Below, piece by piece: positions 28,711 to 39,140 of a stretch of 64,000 nt of DNA. Origin of the DNA: Candidatus Krumholzibacteriia bacterium (GTDB lineage: Bacteria; Krumholzibacteriota; Krumholzibacteriia; JAJRXK01); assembly GCA_041484665.1 (NCBI GenBank), contig JBGPIA010000006.1:128001-192000 (forward strand). The letters are read 5' to 3'. Made by a program: the position numbers and the translations under genes. Position 1 is the first letter of the stretch; each line of letters begins with the position of its first letter. Below the pieces are notes generated by a model that made no database searches, had not been told where the DNA came from, and saw only the letters and a program-made list of their open reading frames with translations.

Positions 28711-30342
28711 ATGTCACCGGCCACCGATGAGAGGCCCCGGAAGACGCCCTACGTCGTGGCGACGGGGTTCACGACGGCGTGCCTCGGGGACGAGCGCACC
28801 CTGCGCGAGTTCGTAGTCGGCGACCACGTCATGAACAAGATCCTCGCCAAGGGGGAAAACGCTGTCCTCTATCTCATCAACGACAGCTACGATCCCCTCA
28901 CCCCTCGGCAGCTGCGGGTGGGCGTTAACAAGGACGAGAAGCTATTCGGGCAGTTCGAGCCCTACTGCGGACGCCCGATTGCCGAGATCCCCGACCCATT
29001 CGGCTGCCACCAGAGCTACGCGCAGCACTTCGCCCGCGCGTTGCTGCGGCGCCTGCACGCGCTGGACATCCACCCAGTACTGGTGAACTCCTACGAGTCC
29101 TACGAGAAGGGTCACTACGCCGGATTCGTATCCTCGACCATCGCGAGCTATCACAGGATTCAGGAGATGCTCGCAGCGCGATTTCCACGCTACACGATGC
29201 GCAACCTGTTCCGGCCGCAGTGCCCGAAGTGCCGGTGCATCGACGCGACCAACGTTCGCGCAGTCGAGGGTCTTGCGCTCCGCTTCGACTGCGATCGGTG
29301 CGGGACGACGACGAGCGAGGAGTTCCCTGCGGTCCGAGGCAAGCTCAGCTGGAAGCTCGACTGCGCGGCGCGATGGAACCTCTACGGCATCGACATGGAG
29401 ACCTTCTCGAAGTCCCACATCGCGGAACTGGGGACGTTCGAGATCTCCCGGTTCATGTCGCTCAACTTCTACGGGAGCAAGGTACCGACGATCGTGAAGT
29501 ACGGAAGCGTGAAGATCCAGCGCGAGCTTTCCTACAAACTCCTGGAGATTCTGCCCCCGAAGATCTTCAAGCGGCTGTTCGTCTCCAACCTGGGCCGCGA
29601 TCTCGAACTGAACCGTGACTCGGTCGAAAGCTTCTGCCACAAGTTTGCGGTCAGGCCAGGGCTAAGTTACGTGGACTACGTTCGCCGCGAGCTGCCCCAC
29701 CGTGCGCTACACGAGAACAGACCGGCCGGGCCAGACTCGGGATCCCAGGCGCTGCCGGACACGGCCATTTCCGACGATGCGCTGGTGTCCTTCGGCAACC
29801 AATTCTCCCGCTTCTACTACTCCAAGGACTATGGACTGCGCTTCCCCGACTCCGGGACAATCGCGTCGGCCAACCAGGCCGCCGCGCAGACGGCCCGGCG
29901 CTGGATCCAGCGCGCGCTGACGATCCGCGAGGGTGTCACCGACACGCGCAAGAACGCTCACGCTCTCATCAAGTCGTTCTTGCTCGCGGAGGACAGTGCG
30001 CCCCACGTGTTCCAGTACCTGCGGCGGCTGTTCGGCCAGACCGAGGGGCCCAGTATCACGACTCTGTTGTCTACCCTTCCGCGCGAGTACTTGACGACGG
30101 TCACGCTGCTGTTGGCTGGATACGACGGAATCGTCGAGTGCGCCGAGACCTGGAGCGCTGGGTCCCCGAACGGCAGCCCGATCGCGCCCGGGGCGGGGGC
30201 GGTGGCCGGGCTCCTGAGCTGCGTCCAGGAGCTGGCGGCATCAGGCGTCGATGCGGATCTCGCGTCGGCGACCGATACGGCGTCGAGTTCTCCCTCCAGC
30301 CCGACCCCCGCTCTGCCCGCCACCTCAGCTCCACTTCGGTAG
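28711..30342 (+). CDS. Class I lysyl-tRNA synthetase paralog lacking HIGH and KMSKS motifs
   Basis: GRPIAEIPDPFGCHQSYAQHF, CxxC pairs, GKLSWKLDCAARW, GIDME...KSH and C-terminal FGQTEGP are LysRS1 hallmarks; HIGH position reads DERT and the KMSxS loop is absent. Confidence 0.85.
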   Translation: MSPATDERPRKTPYVVATGFTTACLGDERTLREFVVGDHVMNKILAKGENAVLYLINDSYDPLTPRQLRVGVNKDEKLFGQFEPYCGRPIAEIPDPFGCHQSYAQHFARALLRRLHALDIHPVLVNSYESYEKGHYAGFVSSTIASYHRIQEMLAARFPRYTMRNLFRPQCPKCRCIDATNVRAVEGLALRFDCDRCGTTTSEEFPAVRGKLSWKLDCAARWNLYGIDMETFSKSHIAELGTFEISRFMSLNFYGSKVPTIVKYGSVKIQRELSYKLLEILPPKIFKRLFVSNLGRDLELNRDSVESFCHKFAVRPGLSYVDYVRRELPHRALHENRPAGPDSGSQALPDTAISDDALVSFGNQFSRFYYSKDYGLRFPDSGTIASANQAAAQTARRWIQRALTIREGVTDTRKNAHALIKSFLLAEDSAPHVFQYLRRLFGQTEGPSITTLLSTLPREYLTTVTLLLAGYDGIVECAETWSAGSPNGSPIAPGAGAVAGLLSCVQELAASGVDADLASATDTASSSPSSPTPALPATSAPLR

Positions 30343-30352
30343 GAGGCGAATC

Positions 30353-31207
30353 ATGAAACGAGCGATGTTTCGATCCTTCCCGTTTGCGCTCGCGGCGCTC
30401 CTTGTGCCGCTCGCAACTCTCAGCATCCTAGCTGGATGCCGGACGCGCGGCGAGCCGGCGAGCCGCGCCGACAAGCATGACGACTCACTAGCCAGAGTCC
30501 AGCGCGCCGGCGTCCTTCTCTGGGGCGCGGACGTGGTGGGCGGCGTGCCCTACGTGTACGAAGACCCCCACCGGCCGGACACCTACATCGGGTTCGAGAT
30601 GACGATCGCGCAGGCGATCGCCGATGGGCTCGGAGTCCAGCTCAAGCTCGTCATCAAGGCGTGGGATACGCTGATCCCGGAACTCCAGCGTGGGTCTTTC
30701 GACTTAGCCATGAATGGGATCGAAGACACCGAGGACCGCGACAAGATCGTCCTGTTCTCAGAGCCCTACTTCGTTTACGCGCAGCAGCTGACGGTCCGCA
30801 AGAACACGTCGGGGATCGCGTCGCTCGACGACCTCAGGGACAAGCGGGTGGCCACGCTCTCGGGAACGGCCGCAGAGGACATTTTGCGGCAGACCGCCGG
30901 GGTCCAGATCGTCACTAACCCCGAGATCATCTACAGCTACCGCGACCTCGAGGAAGGGAAGGTGGAGGCCGTACTCCTGGACACCCCGATCGCGGCGGCC
31001 TACGGAGCCGCAAACCCCAAGCTCCAGAATGTCGGGCAGTCGTTCGGGGAGGGGCGCTACGTGATTGCGTTTCGCAAGGAGGACAAGAGTCTCCGGGACG
31101 CGATTGATCGGGTGCTCCAAAGTCTGAAGCAGAACGGCGAGCTCAAGCGGATCTACGAGCGCTGGGGAATCATGGACCAGCACCAGGCACAGATCGGGAT
31201 TCTCTGA
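30353..31207 (+). CDS. Polar amino-acid substrate-binding lipoprotein (family 3 SBP)
   Basis: AGGAGG RBS; lipobox LAGC; GFE, WDTLIPELQRGSFDL, FSEPYF, DLxxKRVA, LEEGKVEAVLLD. Confidence 0.92.
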   Translation: MKRAMFRSFPFALAALLVPLATLSILAGCRTRGEPASRADKHDDSLARVQRAGVLLWGADVVGGVPYVYEDPHRPDTYIGFEMTIAQAIADGLGVQLKLVIKAWDTLIPELQRGSFDLAMNGIEDTEDRDKIVLFSEPYFVYAQQLTVRKNTSGIASLDDLRDKRVATLSGTAAEDILRQTAGVQIVTNPEIIYSYRDLEEGKVEAVLLDTPIAAAYGAANPKLQNVGQSFGEGRYVIAFRKEDKSLRDAIDRVLQSLKQNGELKRIYERWGIMDQHQAQIGIL

Positions 31208-32658
31208 TGAGCGCTCGTGCAAACCTTGTGGGCGAGATGACGCGAGAGATGGGCGCGGCGTACGAGGTGATCTCGCCCGTCACGGGTACGACCCTCGATC
31301 GCGTGGCGCTGCTCGGCAAGGAGGAGATCGCCGCACTCCTCGCGCGACTGTCGGGACCGCCGAAACCATTGGCCCACAGGGAGGTCTTCGCGTTCCTCCA
31401 CCGTTTTCGGGAACAGCTCGTGGCCCACCGGGATGTCTTACTCGAGCGAACGGTCTTCGAGACCGGCTTCACCGGCAGGGATTGCTCGGAAATGGTCGAC
31501 GGGGCCGTCGAATTCTTGAAGGACTTCGAAACCTACGCCCATGATCAGTCATCCCGGAGCCAGGTCATCCGGCACTCGTACTCCACCCTGAGCCAGCGGG
31601 ACATGCGGATCACCGACCGGCCCTTCCGCTGTGTGGCCGCGGTCGTTCCCCAGAACGCCTCGCTCACGCTGGGCATCACGATCATCGCGTCGGCACTCTA
31701 TGCAGGGTCGCGAATCGTCCTGCGCCCCTCCTTGCAGTGTGCTTCTACCGGCGCCCTGCTGGCGGACATCGTGCGCGAGAGCGATCCACCCTGGGCATTC
31801 GTCGAGATCGTGAACAGCCTAGCCTCAGACTTCCTGGATGCCTGCTTGGCATCGGACTCAGTAGATCTGATCCACTACATCGGGAGCAACCAGTACGCCC
31901 TCCCGGTGTTCCAGCAAGCCTTTGCGGCCGGAAAGATCTGCCTGCTCGACGGTCAGGGGAACGGCCTGCTCTACCTCGACCGCACGTTCCCCCAGGAAAC
32001 GGCCGTAGAGCTCATCACTTCCGGAGCGACCCGTTTCAACGGGGAGACTTGCACCTCCGTCAACGGAGTCCTGATCGAGGAGAGCGCCTATGTCGCCGTG
32101 CGGGAGGCCTTGGTCGAGTCCTTCCGGCAGCTGCGCGTGGGGAGCCCGCTGGAGGAAACAGTTCAGATCGGCCCGCTGTTCAGCGAAAAGCAGGCCGTGG
32201 GGTTGCGCCGGACGCTACAGGACACGCCAAACGGCCGCATCCTCTGCGGCGGTACTGTCAACGGCGCCTACTTCACGCCGGCGATCATCGAGGGCGTAGA
32301 CATGGCCGACGCGATTGCGCGCGAGGGATTCTTCGGCCCCTGCATCTGGATTCACCCAGTCCGCCAGGAGACCCTCTGGAAATGGATCCGGGCAAACCGG
32401 TTCCCCCTAAGCGACACCGTGCTCGCGACCCGTAAGGACCTCATTCGCAATTTCGCGCGGAACTCGAGGGCAGCGCGCATTTGCGTAAACCAAGATCCGT
32501 CGGTCGAGTCGATGTTCGAGCCTTGGGGCGGATATCCTCCAAGCGGCTTCAACCCCGTGTCGGTCTGGATGCAGAAGTACCGCCAGACGTTTCAGCTCGA
32601 TGGCCGGCTGTCGGAAATCCTCGGAATCCCATCGGACCACGCGCCCGACACGGTGTAA
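31207..32658 (+). CDS. Divergent aldehyde dehydrogenase family protein
   Basis: VISPVTG, ETG, VPQN, LRPS, YIGS, catalytic NGETC, IGPL, FFGP, PWGG; coupled to the SBP gene (TGATG). Confidence 0.88.
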   Translation: MSARANLVGEMTREMGAAYEVISPVTGTTLDRVALLGKEEIAALLARLSGPPKPLAHREVFAFLHRFREQLVAHRDVLLERTVFETGFTGRDCSEMVDGAVEFLKDFETYAHDQSSRSQVIRHSYSTLSQRDMRITDRPFRCVAAVVPQNASLTLGITIIASALYAGSRIVLRPSLQCASTGALLADIVRESDPPWAFVEIVNSLASDFLDACLASDSVDLIHYIGSNQYALPVFQQAFAAGKICLLDGQGNGLLYLDRTFPQETAVELITSGATRFNGETCTSVNGVLIEESAYVAVREALVESFRQLRVGSPLEETVQIGPLFSEKQAVGLRRTLQDTPNGRILCGGTVNGAYFTPAIIEGVDMADAIAREGFFGPCIWIHPVRQETLWKWIRANRFPLSDTVLATRKDLIRNFARNSRAARICVNQDPSVESMFEPWGGYPPSGFNPVSVWMQKYRQTFQLDGRLSEILGIPSDHAPDTV

Positions 32659-32672
32659 TCCACCGGCCGCCC

Positions 32673-34589
32673 ATGCTTCCGCGCATCTCCATCCGGACAA
32701 AGTTGATTCTGATCACGGTGGGGACGATCGTGGTCGCGAACCTCATCATGGCATTCTTCGTCCGGGGCCTGGTCTACCAGAACATCGTAAACAACAAAAT
32801 GACCATGGTGGACGTCCTGACGGCCTCCCTCGTGCACGACATCAAGTACGACGCAGAGACCCGCCAAAAGGAGGACGTCCAGGCGGTCATCGCGAAGTAC
32901 ATCACCTATTACCGCATTATCCGCAACATATCCTACTACAATACCGACCGCCTGGACATCGCCGACTCGGAACCGCACAGCATCGGCGCGAGCTCCGAGG
33001 ATCCCGACGTCATCGCAGCGGTCAGCATGGCGAAGCCCAGCCTCCACGTGACGCGGCCGGACTGGAAAAACCTCGGCATCCGCTCCGTGGCGCCCGTGCT
33101 GCAGGGCTCGAAGCTCGTCGGCGCAATTGCACTCGACGTTTCCATCGAGGACATCCAGCTAACGCTGTCGGCTATCGACCGCCGGATTGCCATGATGGTC
33201 GTCGCAAAGGCTTTCTTGGTTTCGCTCGTGCTGTTCTATTTCCTGAGAATCATCATCCTGACACGCCTCAGCCAGCTGACCGCGGCGACGCATCAGGTCG
33301 CGGCGAAAAACTACGACATCCACGTGCTGGACTCCGGACGGGATGAGCTGGGCGAGCTCGCGCAGGCGTTCGACCTGATGACACGCGATCTCAAGAGCAG
33401 CAAGCAGGAGATCGAGCGGTACAACAAGCACCTCGAGGAGATGGTCCAGGACGCGACCGCTCAGCTGCAGAAGGCGTTCGAGGACCTAAAGAACGCCCAA
33501 AGCCAGCTGGTTCTGAACGAGAAGATGGCGTCGCTGGGCGTGTTGATTGCAGGCGTCGCCCACGAGATCAACACGCCGGCCGGGGCGATCCTCAACGTAT
33601 CGCGGCATCTAGAGAAGAAGACTCATTCACTCCCGCGGATGCTTGAGGCGCTCAAGGCCGACCTGGAAGTCCCCGCAGGAAGAATTGCGCCGTGCCTCGA
33701 GGAGGTCATCGAATCGGCGTGCAAGGCGCGCGAAGCCGTCTCCTACAAGGATACAAAGGCCCTGGAATCGCTCCTGCGAGCGCAGGGCATTCCCGACCCC
33801 CATCAGAAAGCCAGCGACCTCGCCAAGCTCAACTTCACGAACCCGGAGAAGATCATCGAGTACAGTGAGTGTTTCGTTCATCCGGCATTCTTCGCGGTGG
33901 TTGAAGCGTTTGGAAGCATTGCGCAGGCGGCGAAGATCTCGGAGACCAGCTCCCAGAAGATCGCGGAGATCGTCCGGGCGCTGAAGTACTACGCGTACTC
34001 CGACAAGGACAAGGTCGAGGTCATCCAGATCAACGAGTCGATTACGACCGCGCTCATCCTGCTGCGCAATCAGCTCAAGGACACGGTGACGGTCGCGACC
34101 GATTTCGACCCGGAGCTTCCGAGGGTCCCCTGCACTAGTGAAATCCACCAAGTGTGGACGAACCTGCTCACGAACGCGTACGACGCGATCGAAGCGATCG
34201 GAGAAGGATACCACGGCGAGATCGCGATCAGCACAAGCCGTCGCGGGGGACAGATCGTGATCACCATCACGGACAACGGCGTCGGAATTCCGGAGGACAA
34301 GCTCGGCAAGGTCTTTGATCCGTTCTTTACGACGAAGGACATCGGGAAGGGCACTGGCCTGGGCCTCTGCATCGTGTCGGGGATCGTCAAGAAGCTGCGG
34401 GGAGAGGTCCACGTCCACAGCCGCCCTGGCCGTACCGTGTTCGAGGTTGGGCTGCCGATCGGGACAAGCGAGAGGCCGTCCGACGGGGAGCGGGACCAAC
34501 ACGACGAGCACATGGGCGCGGTCGATGAAAGCGCGCTCGTGCTCGCGCCGCGAGGGCCGGCGGTTAAGGAGACGGGCGATGGCGGCTGA
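32673..34589 (+). CDS. Membrane sensor histidine kinase (periplasmic domain, HAMP, HisKA, HATPase)
   Basis: Two TM helices; [33 protein letters not shown]-box [30 protein letters not shown]. Confidence 0.95.
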   Translation: MLPRISIRTKLILITVGTIVVANLIMAFFVRGLVYQNIVNNKMTMVDVLTASLVHDIKYDAETRQKEDVQAVIAKYITYYRIIRNISYYNTDRLDIADSEPHSIGASSEDPDVIAAVSMAKPSLHVTRPDWKNLGIRSVAPVLQGSKLVGAIALDVSIEDIQLTLSAIDRRIAMMVVAKAFLVSLVLFYFLRIIILTRLSQLTAATHQVAAKNYDIHVLDSGRDELGELAQAFDLMTRDLKSSKQEIERYNKHLEEMVQDATAQLQKAFEDLKNAQSQLVLNEKMASLGVLIAGVAHEINTPAGAILNVSRHLEKKTHSLPRMLEALKADLEVPAGRIAPCLEEVIESACKAREAVSYKDTKALESLLRAQGIPDPHQKASDLAKLNFTNPEKIIEYSECFVHPAFFAVVEAFGSIAQAAKISETSSQKIAEIVRALKYYAYSDKDKVEVIQINESITTALILLRNQLKDTVTVATDFDPELPRVPCTSEIHQVWTNLLTNAYDAIEAIGEGYHGEIAISTSRRGGQIVITITDNGVGIPEDKLGKVFDPFFTTKDIGKGTGLGLCIVSGIVKKLRGEVHVHSRPGRTVFEVGLPIGTSERPSDGERDQHDEHMGAVDESALVLAPRGPAVKETGDGG

Positions 34590-36420
34590 CCCGGCGGAGA
34601 TTGCAGAGGCGCCGGCGCCTGTCGATCAGCACATTCTGTGCGTGGACGACGACCCGGACTTCTTGAAATCCCTCGAGTTCTTCCTGCCCGAGCAGATCAA
34701 CCAGAGCGGGTCCACCGACTTCTGGTATCGCTTCCTCTTCCTCGACAACCCCAAGGAGGCCCTCGGCGCGCTCAGGGACCTCACGAGCGAGCGCGAGACC
34801 GTAGCGATGGTGATCAGCGATCAGAAGATGCCGCAGATGAAGGGAACGGAGTTCCTCGGGGAAGCGAAGAAGATTGCCCCCGACAGTATCCGGGTCCTCT
34901 TGACTGGTCATGCCGGTATCGAGTCGGCGATTACGGCGATCAACGAACACCTCTTGGACAAGTACGTCACGAAGCCGATCGAGAACGAGCACGATTTCAC
35001 GGTGAGCATCCGTCACCTGCTGCAGAAGTTCCAGATGCAGCACACGATCGCGAAGCAGGCTCAGATTATTCAGGCCCTCTACGCCTTTTCGAATAAGCTG
35101 AACTCCATCGAGGACTTCCAGAAGACGCTCGACTGCATCATCTCCTTCACCGGGGAGGTTGTCCGCGGTCGTAGCACGTCGATTCTCCTTCTGGAACAGG
35201 ACGAGCTGCGGATGGTCGCCGCCCAAGGCCTTTGGCCGGAGGGGATCTGCGCCGTCAAGATCCCGGCGAGTGACCCGATCGGCGCCCAGATCCTCCAGTG
35301 CCGCAGAGCGAGGGTCTCGAAGGCTGCCGAGACCAAGGCCGTCGAGGCGAACCCCACTGAGGTAAGCCCGGCCGAGTCGAGTAGCAGCTTCCCCGAAATC
35401 GTCCGAGCGGGCTACGGCGGGTCGCAGGACACGTCGGCGCTCTATGCTGGGCTAGTGTCCGGGGACCAACCCCTGGGCCTGCTCTACGTCACTCGAAGAC
35501 CGGATGACCCGGGTTTCGTCGAGACGAATGTCGATACGCTGACGTACATCGCCAGTAGCGCCTCCATCGCCTTGCACAACCAGCTCAACCGCGTGCGACT
35601 CGAGAACGCCTATGGCGAGTCGCGCGTCCATGCCGCTGCCCTGGGCGAAGCCAATGGGAGGCTGCAGATCCTGGACCGACTGAAGACGGACTTCCTTTCG
35701 TTCATCTCGCACGAGCTTCGAACCCCCCTGGCTATCATGTCGGCGGTGGGGCTCGTCGACCGTTCCTCGAGCGCGAGCGAGCAGGAGGAGGCGCTGGCGA
35801 TTGCGCAGTGCGGTTACGATCGGCTCGAGCGGTTCGTCGCGAGAGGTCTACAGTACTTCGACTGGTTGGCGACGAAGCCGGTGAAAAACTCAGGGTCTGC
35901 GGACCTGATCGGTGTGGTACGAGCCGTGGCCGGCGCACTCCCGGAGCTCGATGGCCCCGACGTCGATCTCGAGATCTCGCTCCCTGAGGGCCCCTGTCCT
36001 GTCGAGATGGACGAGACCTACGTCGCGGAGGTCGTGCAGGTACTGCTGGAGAACGCGCTCAAGTTCTCCCCAGGCTGCAAGAAGATCCACGTGGCGGTCG
36101 CGACACGGCCGGGCGCAGTGACGCTCACCGTGGTCGACGGGGGGTGTGGTTTCCCGCCGGAATTCTCGCGCGAGATCTTCCGTCCCTTCACGATCATCGA
36201 CACGGCGCACCACGGGGAGGGGACCGCGCTCAGCCTCGCGAAGGCGAGCGCAGTGGTCGAGGCGCATGGAGGCTGCATCCGAGCGGAGAGCCAGGGGATC
36301 GGGCAAGGGGCGAGATTCATCGTCTCGTTCCCACCGGCGGTGCGGTGCCCGCAGGACGCCGAAAACGACCTGGCGCCGCAGGTCGCCGAGAGCCGCTCGC
36401 GGCCAAACCCCGTGCATTAG
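34579..36420 (+). CDS. Hybrid cytoplasmic kinase: REC-GAF-HisKA-HATPase
   Basis: ILCVDDD, ISDQKMP and TKP receiver motifs; GAF region; [29 protein letters not shown]; overlaps upstream stop. Confidence 0.92.
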   Translation: MAADPAEIAEAPAPVDQHILCVDDDPDFLKSLEFFLPEQINQSGSTDFWYRFLFLDNPKEALGALRDLTSERETVAMVISDQKMPQMKGTEFLGEAKKIAPDSIRVLLTGHAGIESAITAINEHLLDKYVTKPIENEHDFTVSIRHLLQKFQMQHTIAKQAQIIQALYAFSNKLNSIEDFQKTLDCIISFTGEVVRGRSTSILLLEQDELRMVAAQGLWPEGICAVKIPASDPIGAQILQCRRARVSKAAETKAVEANPTEVSPAESSSSFPEIVRAGYGGSQDTSALYAGLVSGDQPLGLLYVTRRPDDPGFVETNVDTLTYIASSASIALHNQLNRVRLENAYGESRVHAAALGEANGRLQILDRLKTDFLSFISHELRTPLAIMSAVGLVDRSSSASEQEEALAIAQCGYDRLERFVARGLQYFDWLATKPVKNSGSADLIGVVRAVAGALPELDGPDVDLEISLPEGPCPVEMDETYVAEVVQVLLENALKFSPGCKKIHVAVATRPGAVTLTVVDGGCGFPPEFSREIFRPFTIIDTAHHGEGTALSLAKASAVVEAHGGCIRAESQGIGQGARFIVSFPPAVRCPQDAENDLAPQVAESRSRPNPVH

Positions 36421-36679
36421 CCGACCCGCAGCCGCTGCCCCCGCTTTCTCGACGCGGTGACCGTGACGTCCGGCCGGGGCGGGGGCGACTCCCGCCCAGC
36501 GGGACCAGCACTCCCAGGGGCAGCCCGACATGCCAGCCAGCCGCGGGCGCACCGTGACCATCCTAGACCTGCAGGCCCGTGCTCCCGCTCGGTGGATCGT
36601 CGAGTTCGAGCTGCCGGTGAGCGGGAAGGGCGCTGTCGCCCGCGATGCCTGACCCGCTCCGGCGGCTGCCCAGAGCGCC

Positions 36680-37275
36680 ATGTGGGCGCCTACGGACCGG
36701 GGCCGCGCTTCGTCACGGTGCTCGACAGCGCGCTCCCTCCCCTGGACCGTGACCTCGATCGCCTGGCCGAGTCGCTCCACTGGGTCACGCGCGAGCCCAG
36801 CTTCGCATGCCTCGCCCTGCGCTTCGTGGGCTTGGAGCACATCGCTCTCCCTGATCCCGACGCCATCTCTCTGGCCAGCAAGCTGCAGCGACTCCCGCGC
36901 TGGCTGGGGGTGCGGCGCGGGATCGCAATCCTACTGTGGCAGTTCCTGGGGCGACTCGTGGAGGTGGTCGGTTCGCTGGGCCCGTTGCTGTCGCTGCCGC
37001 GATCCCTGCGCGCGCCTTTGGGCGGCCGCAGCGCGCGCCTGGGCGAGAGCGTGTCCCTGGGGCCCGCGTTCGTGGGTCCCGCCCCCACGCTCTTGGCGCG
37101 CATCGGTCCCGTGCCACTCGTGGTCGACGTAGCGTTGGATCGCGACGCGGCCTGGCGGGCCGAGTTGGAGGAGCTGCTCACGACCTGCGCGCCGGCGGCG
37201 ACCGAGCACGGCGACGAGCTGGTGCTACGTGTGGAGGATCGGCGCACGGTCCTGGGCGACCGTTGGCACGCGTGA
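36680..37275 (+). pseudogene. Possible degraded hypothetical gene
   Basis: The second half of ORF 36457-37275 has protein-like Leu-rich composition but no clear start or recognisable motif. Confidence 0.25.
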
Positions 37276-37603
37276 CTCGCCAGGACCAGCTGCATGACGG
37301 GGTGAGAGGGGGCCGGAATGTCGTCGGGTCGCGAGCCCGGCGGGATCCTACGCCGCAGGAGCCAGTCTTTGAACTTAGACGCGACAGGGCGCGGAAGCGG
37401 TTCCTGGCGGCCGCGCCGCAGGACTAGCGGGTGCGCATCTGGTGGCGAAGTAAACCCCGCGGCCCCGTAGATCAGACGGATAGGTCGACGGTTTCCCAGG
37501 CGCCGCCAGCCCTGCGCCCCGGTGCGCTCGTTTCGCAGCCTTCGGACGTAAGGGAGGGTGTTGACGCTTCCACACCCTTCCCGGAGGCCGCCATGGGACC
37601 CAT

Positions 37604-37651
37604 ATCTGGAGCAATCACATGAACGCGATCTGGAGCAATCACATGAACGCG
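37604..37651. repeat. Perfect 24-bp tandem duplication containing RBS and start codon
   Basis: atctggagcaatcacatgaacgcg x2. Confidence 0.92.
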
Positions 37652-37915
37652 CGCCGAGCCATCGTCGGCCGCATCCTGGTCTGCTGCGCGGCGGCGCCCG
37701 CATTGGCGCAGACGCCGTCGGGAACGGCGTTCACCTACCAAGGGCACCTGGAGAGCAACGCCAGCCCAGCGGCCGGGAGCTTCAACATGGTGTTTACGCT
37801 CTGGAGCCATCCAACGCTCTCCGCGACGGCCTTTCAGGTCGGCCCCACGCTCACCTTCGACGGCGTCAGCAGCCCTCCCGCACCGATCACCGTGACGAAC
37901 GGCCTGTTCACGGTG
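37643..37915 (+). pseudogene. Truncated N-terminus of a TAFTYQG-type large surface/tail-fibre-like protein
   Basis: Signal peptide + AQTPSGTAFTYQGHL...FTLW...VTNGLFTV, breaking off where such proteins usually continue LDFG. Confidence 0.7.
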
Positions 37916-37919
37916 CAGC

Positions 37920-38012
37920 AGGGTCTACCGCTCGTGCCATCCCGAGCGGACGGCCCAGTACCGGCTCTTCGAGCAGCACTTCGATCGCTCCCTGCTCGAG
38001 CACGAGGAGCCG
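37920..38012 (+). mobile_element. IS91-family transposase N-terminal fragment
   Basis: Translates RVYRSCHPERTAQYRLFEQHFDRSLLEHEE, resembling the VYRPRHPERTxLYR...HFxxFxxxYEE start of IS91-type transposases. Confidence 0.6.
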
Positions 38013-38555
38013 AGCGTCCCCGGCACAGGGTACACCGGCCGAGTTCAACAGCCCCTACCGCCCCCAAGCAGTGAAGCTCGGGACCGAGATCATTTCGAGG
38101 ACGGTCGCGTTCGGGAAGAGCTAATCGTTCCAACCTCGAACTCCGAGGCCCCGCTGGTTGACGTGGACCGCGTTCTCAGGTCAGGGCGGGGCCGCTCATT
38201 CTTGCTGACAGCACCGGGGTTTGCGAGGCAGCCGCCGGCGCGTGTTCTCAGTTCCGAAAAGCGTCGCGGGCGGGGGACCGGATTGCAGCTTCGGAATCGC
38301 GCAGGAGCGTCTCGAAGTCCTGATTTCTGCCTTCGGGGACGCCCGGCGATTCGCTCGCTTCGGGGCGGGTGTCAGGTCACGTCGTAGCTAGAGCAGCCCG
38401 TCCCACCTCGTCACCCAACCGGGATACGCCGACGATCCCGCGAAAAATCTGGAACGCCTGGTGGCAGCGCCGAAGGTCGTTACTCCCTCGATCGGACCCC
38501 GCGCTCGCATGTTAAGATGTTCCCGGGTCCTTCTTACTCGACCGGGGGACTTCCG

Positions 38556-39140
38556 ATGTCGACCGAGATCCGCACCCAGATCACAAGCTTGCTGCGGGAG
38601 CTGGAGATCGAGTCGACCAATCGTCGGGCCACCACCGAGCGCCTGCTCGAGGCACTCTACCCGGAGCTTCGCCGCCTGGCCGCGGCCCTCTTCCGGCAGG
38701 AGCGCGCGAGCCACACCCTGGAGCCCACCGCGCTCGTTCACGAAGCCTACATCCGGCTGGTCGACCAGGACGGCGCCGACTGGAAGAACCGCGCGCACTT
38801 CCTGGGCGTCTCCGCCCGAATCATGCGGCAGGTGCTGGTGGATCATGCCCGACATCGACTGGCGGAGAAGCGGGGCGGCGGCTGGGAACGGGTAACCCTG
38901 AGTGACGCGGTCGAGCTCGCCCGCGGGGACGACGTCGACCTCCTCGATCTCGAAGACGCCCTCGAGCGATTCGCCACCGTCGATCCACGGGCCGCCCGAG
39001 TGGTGGAGCTGCGGGTATTCGGGGGGCTGACCGTCGAAGAAACCGCCCACGTCCTCGAGGTCGCCGCACGAACCGTGGACGGCGACTGGGCGATGGCCCG
39101 GATGTGGCTGGGGAAGGAGCTGCGGGAGGATTCCACGTGA
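38556..39140 (+). CDS. ECF sigma factor, TIGR02999-like (kinase-associated type)
   Basis: [35 protein letters not shown]...[15 protein letters not shown]. Confidence 0.93.
   Translation: MSTEIRTQITSLLRELEIESTNRRATTERLLEALYPELRRLAAALFRQERASHTLEPTALVHEAYIRLVDQDGADWKNRAHFLGVSARIMRQVLVDHARHRLAEKRGGGWERVTLSDAVELARGDDVDLLDLEDALERFATVDPRAARVVELRVFGGLTVEETAHVLEVAARTVDGDWAMARMWLGKELREDST

Noticed and set aside
28711..30342. Calling this the housekeeping lysS/lysK
   Set aside because: HIGH and KMSKS motifs are absent and the context is not translation-related.
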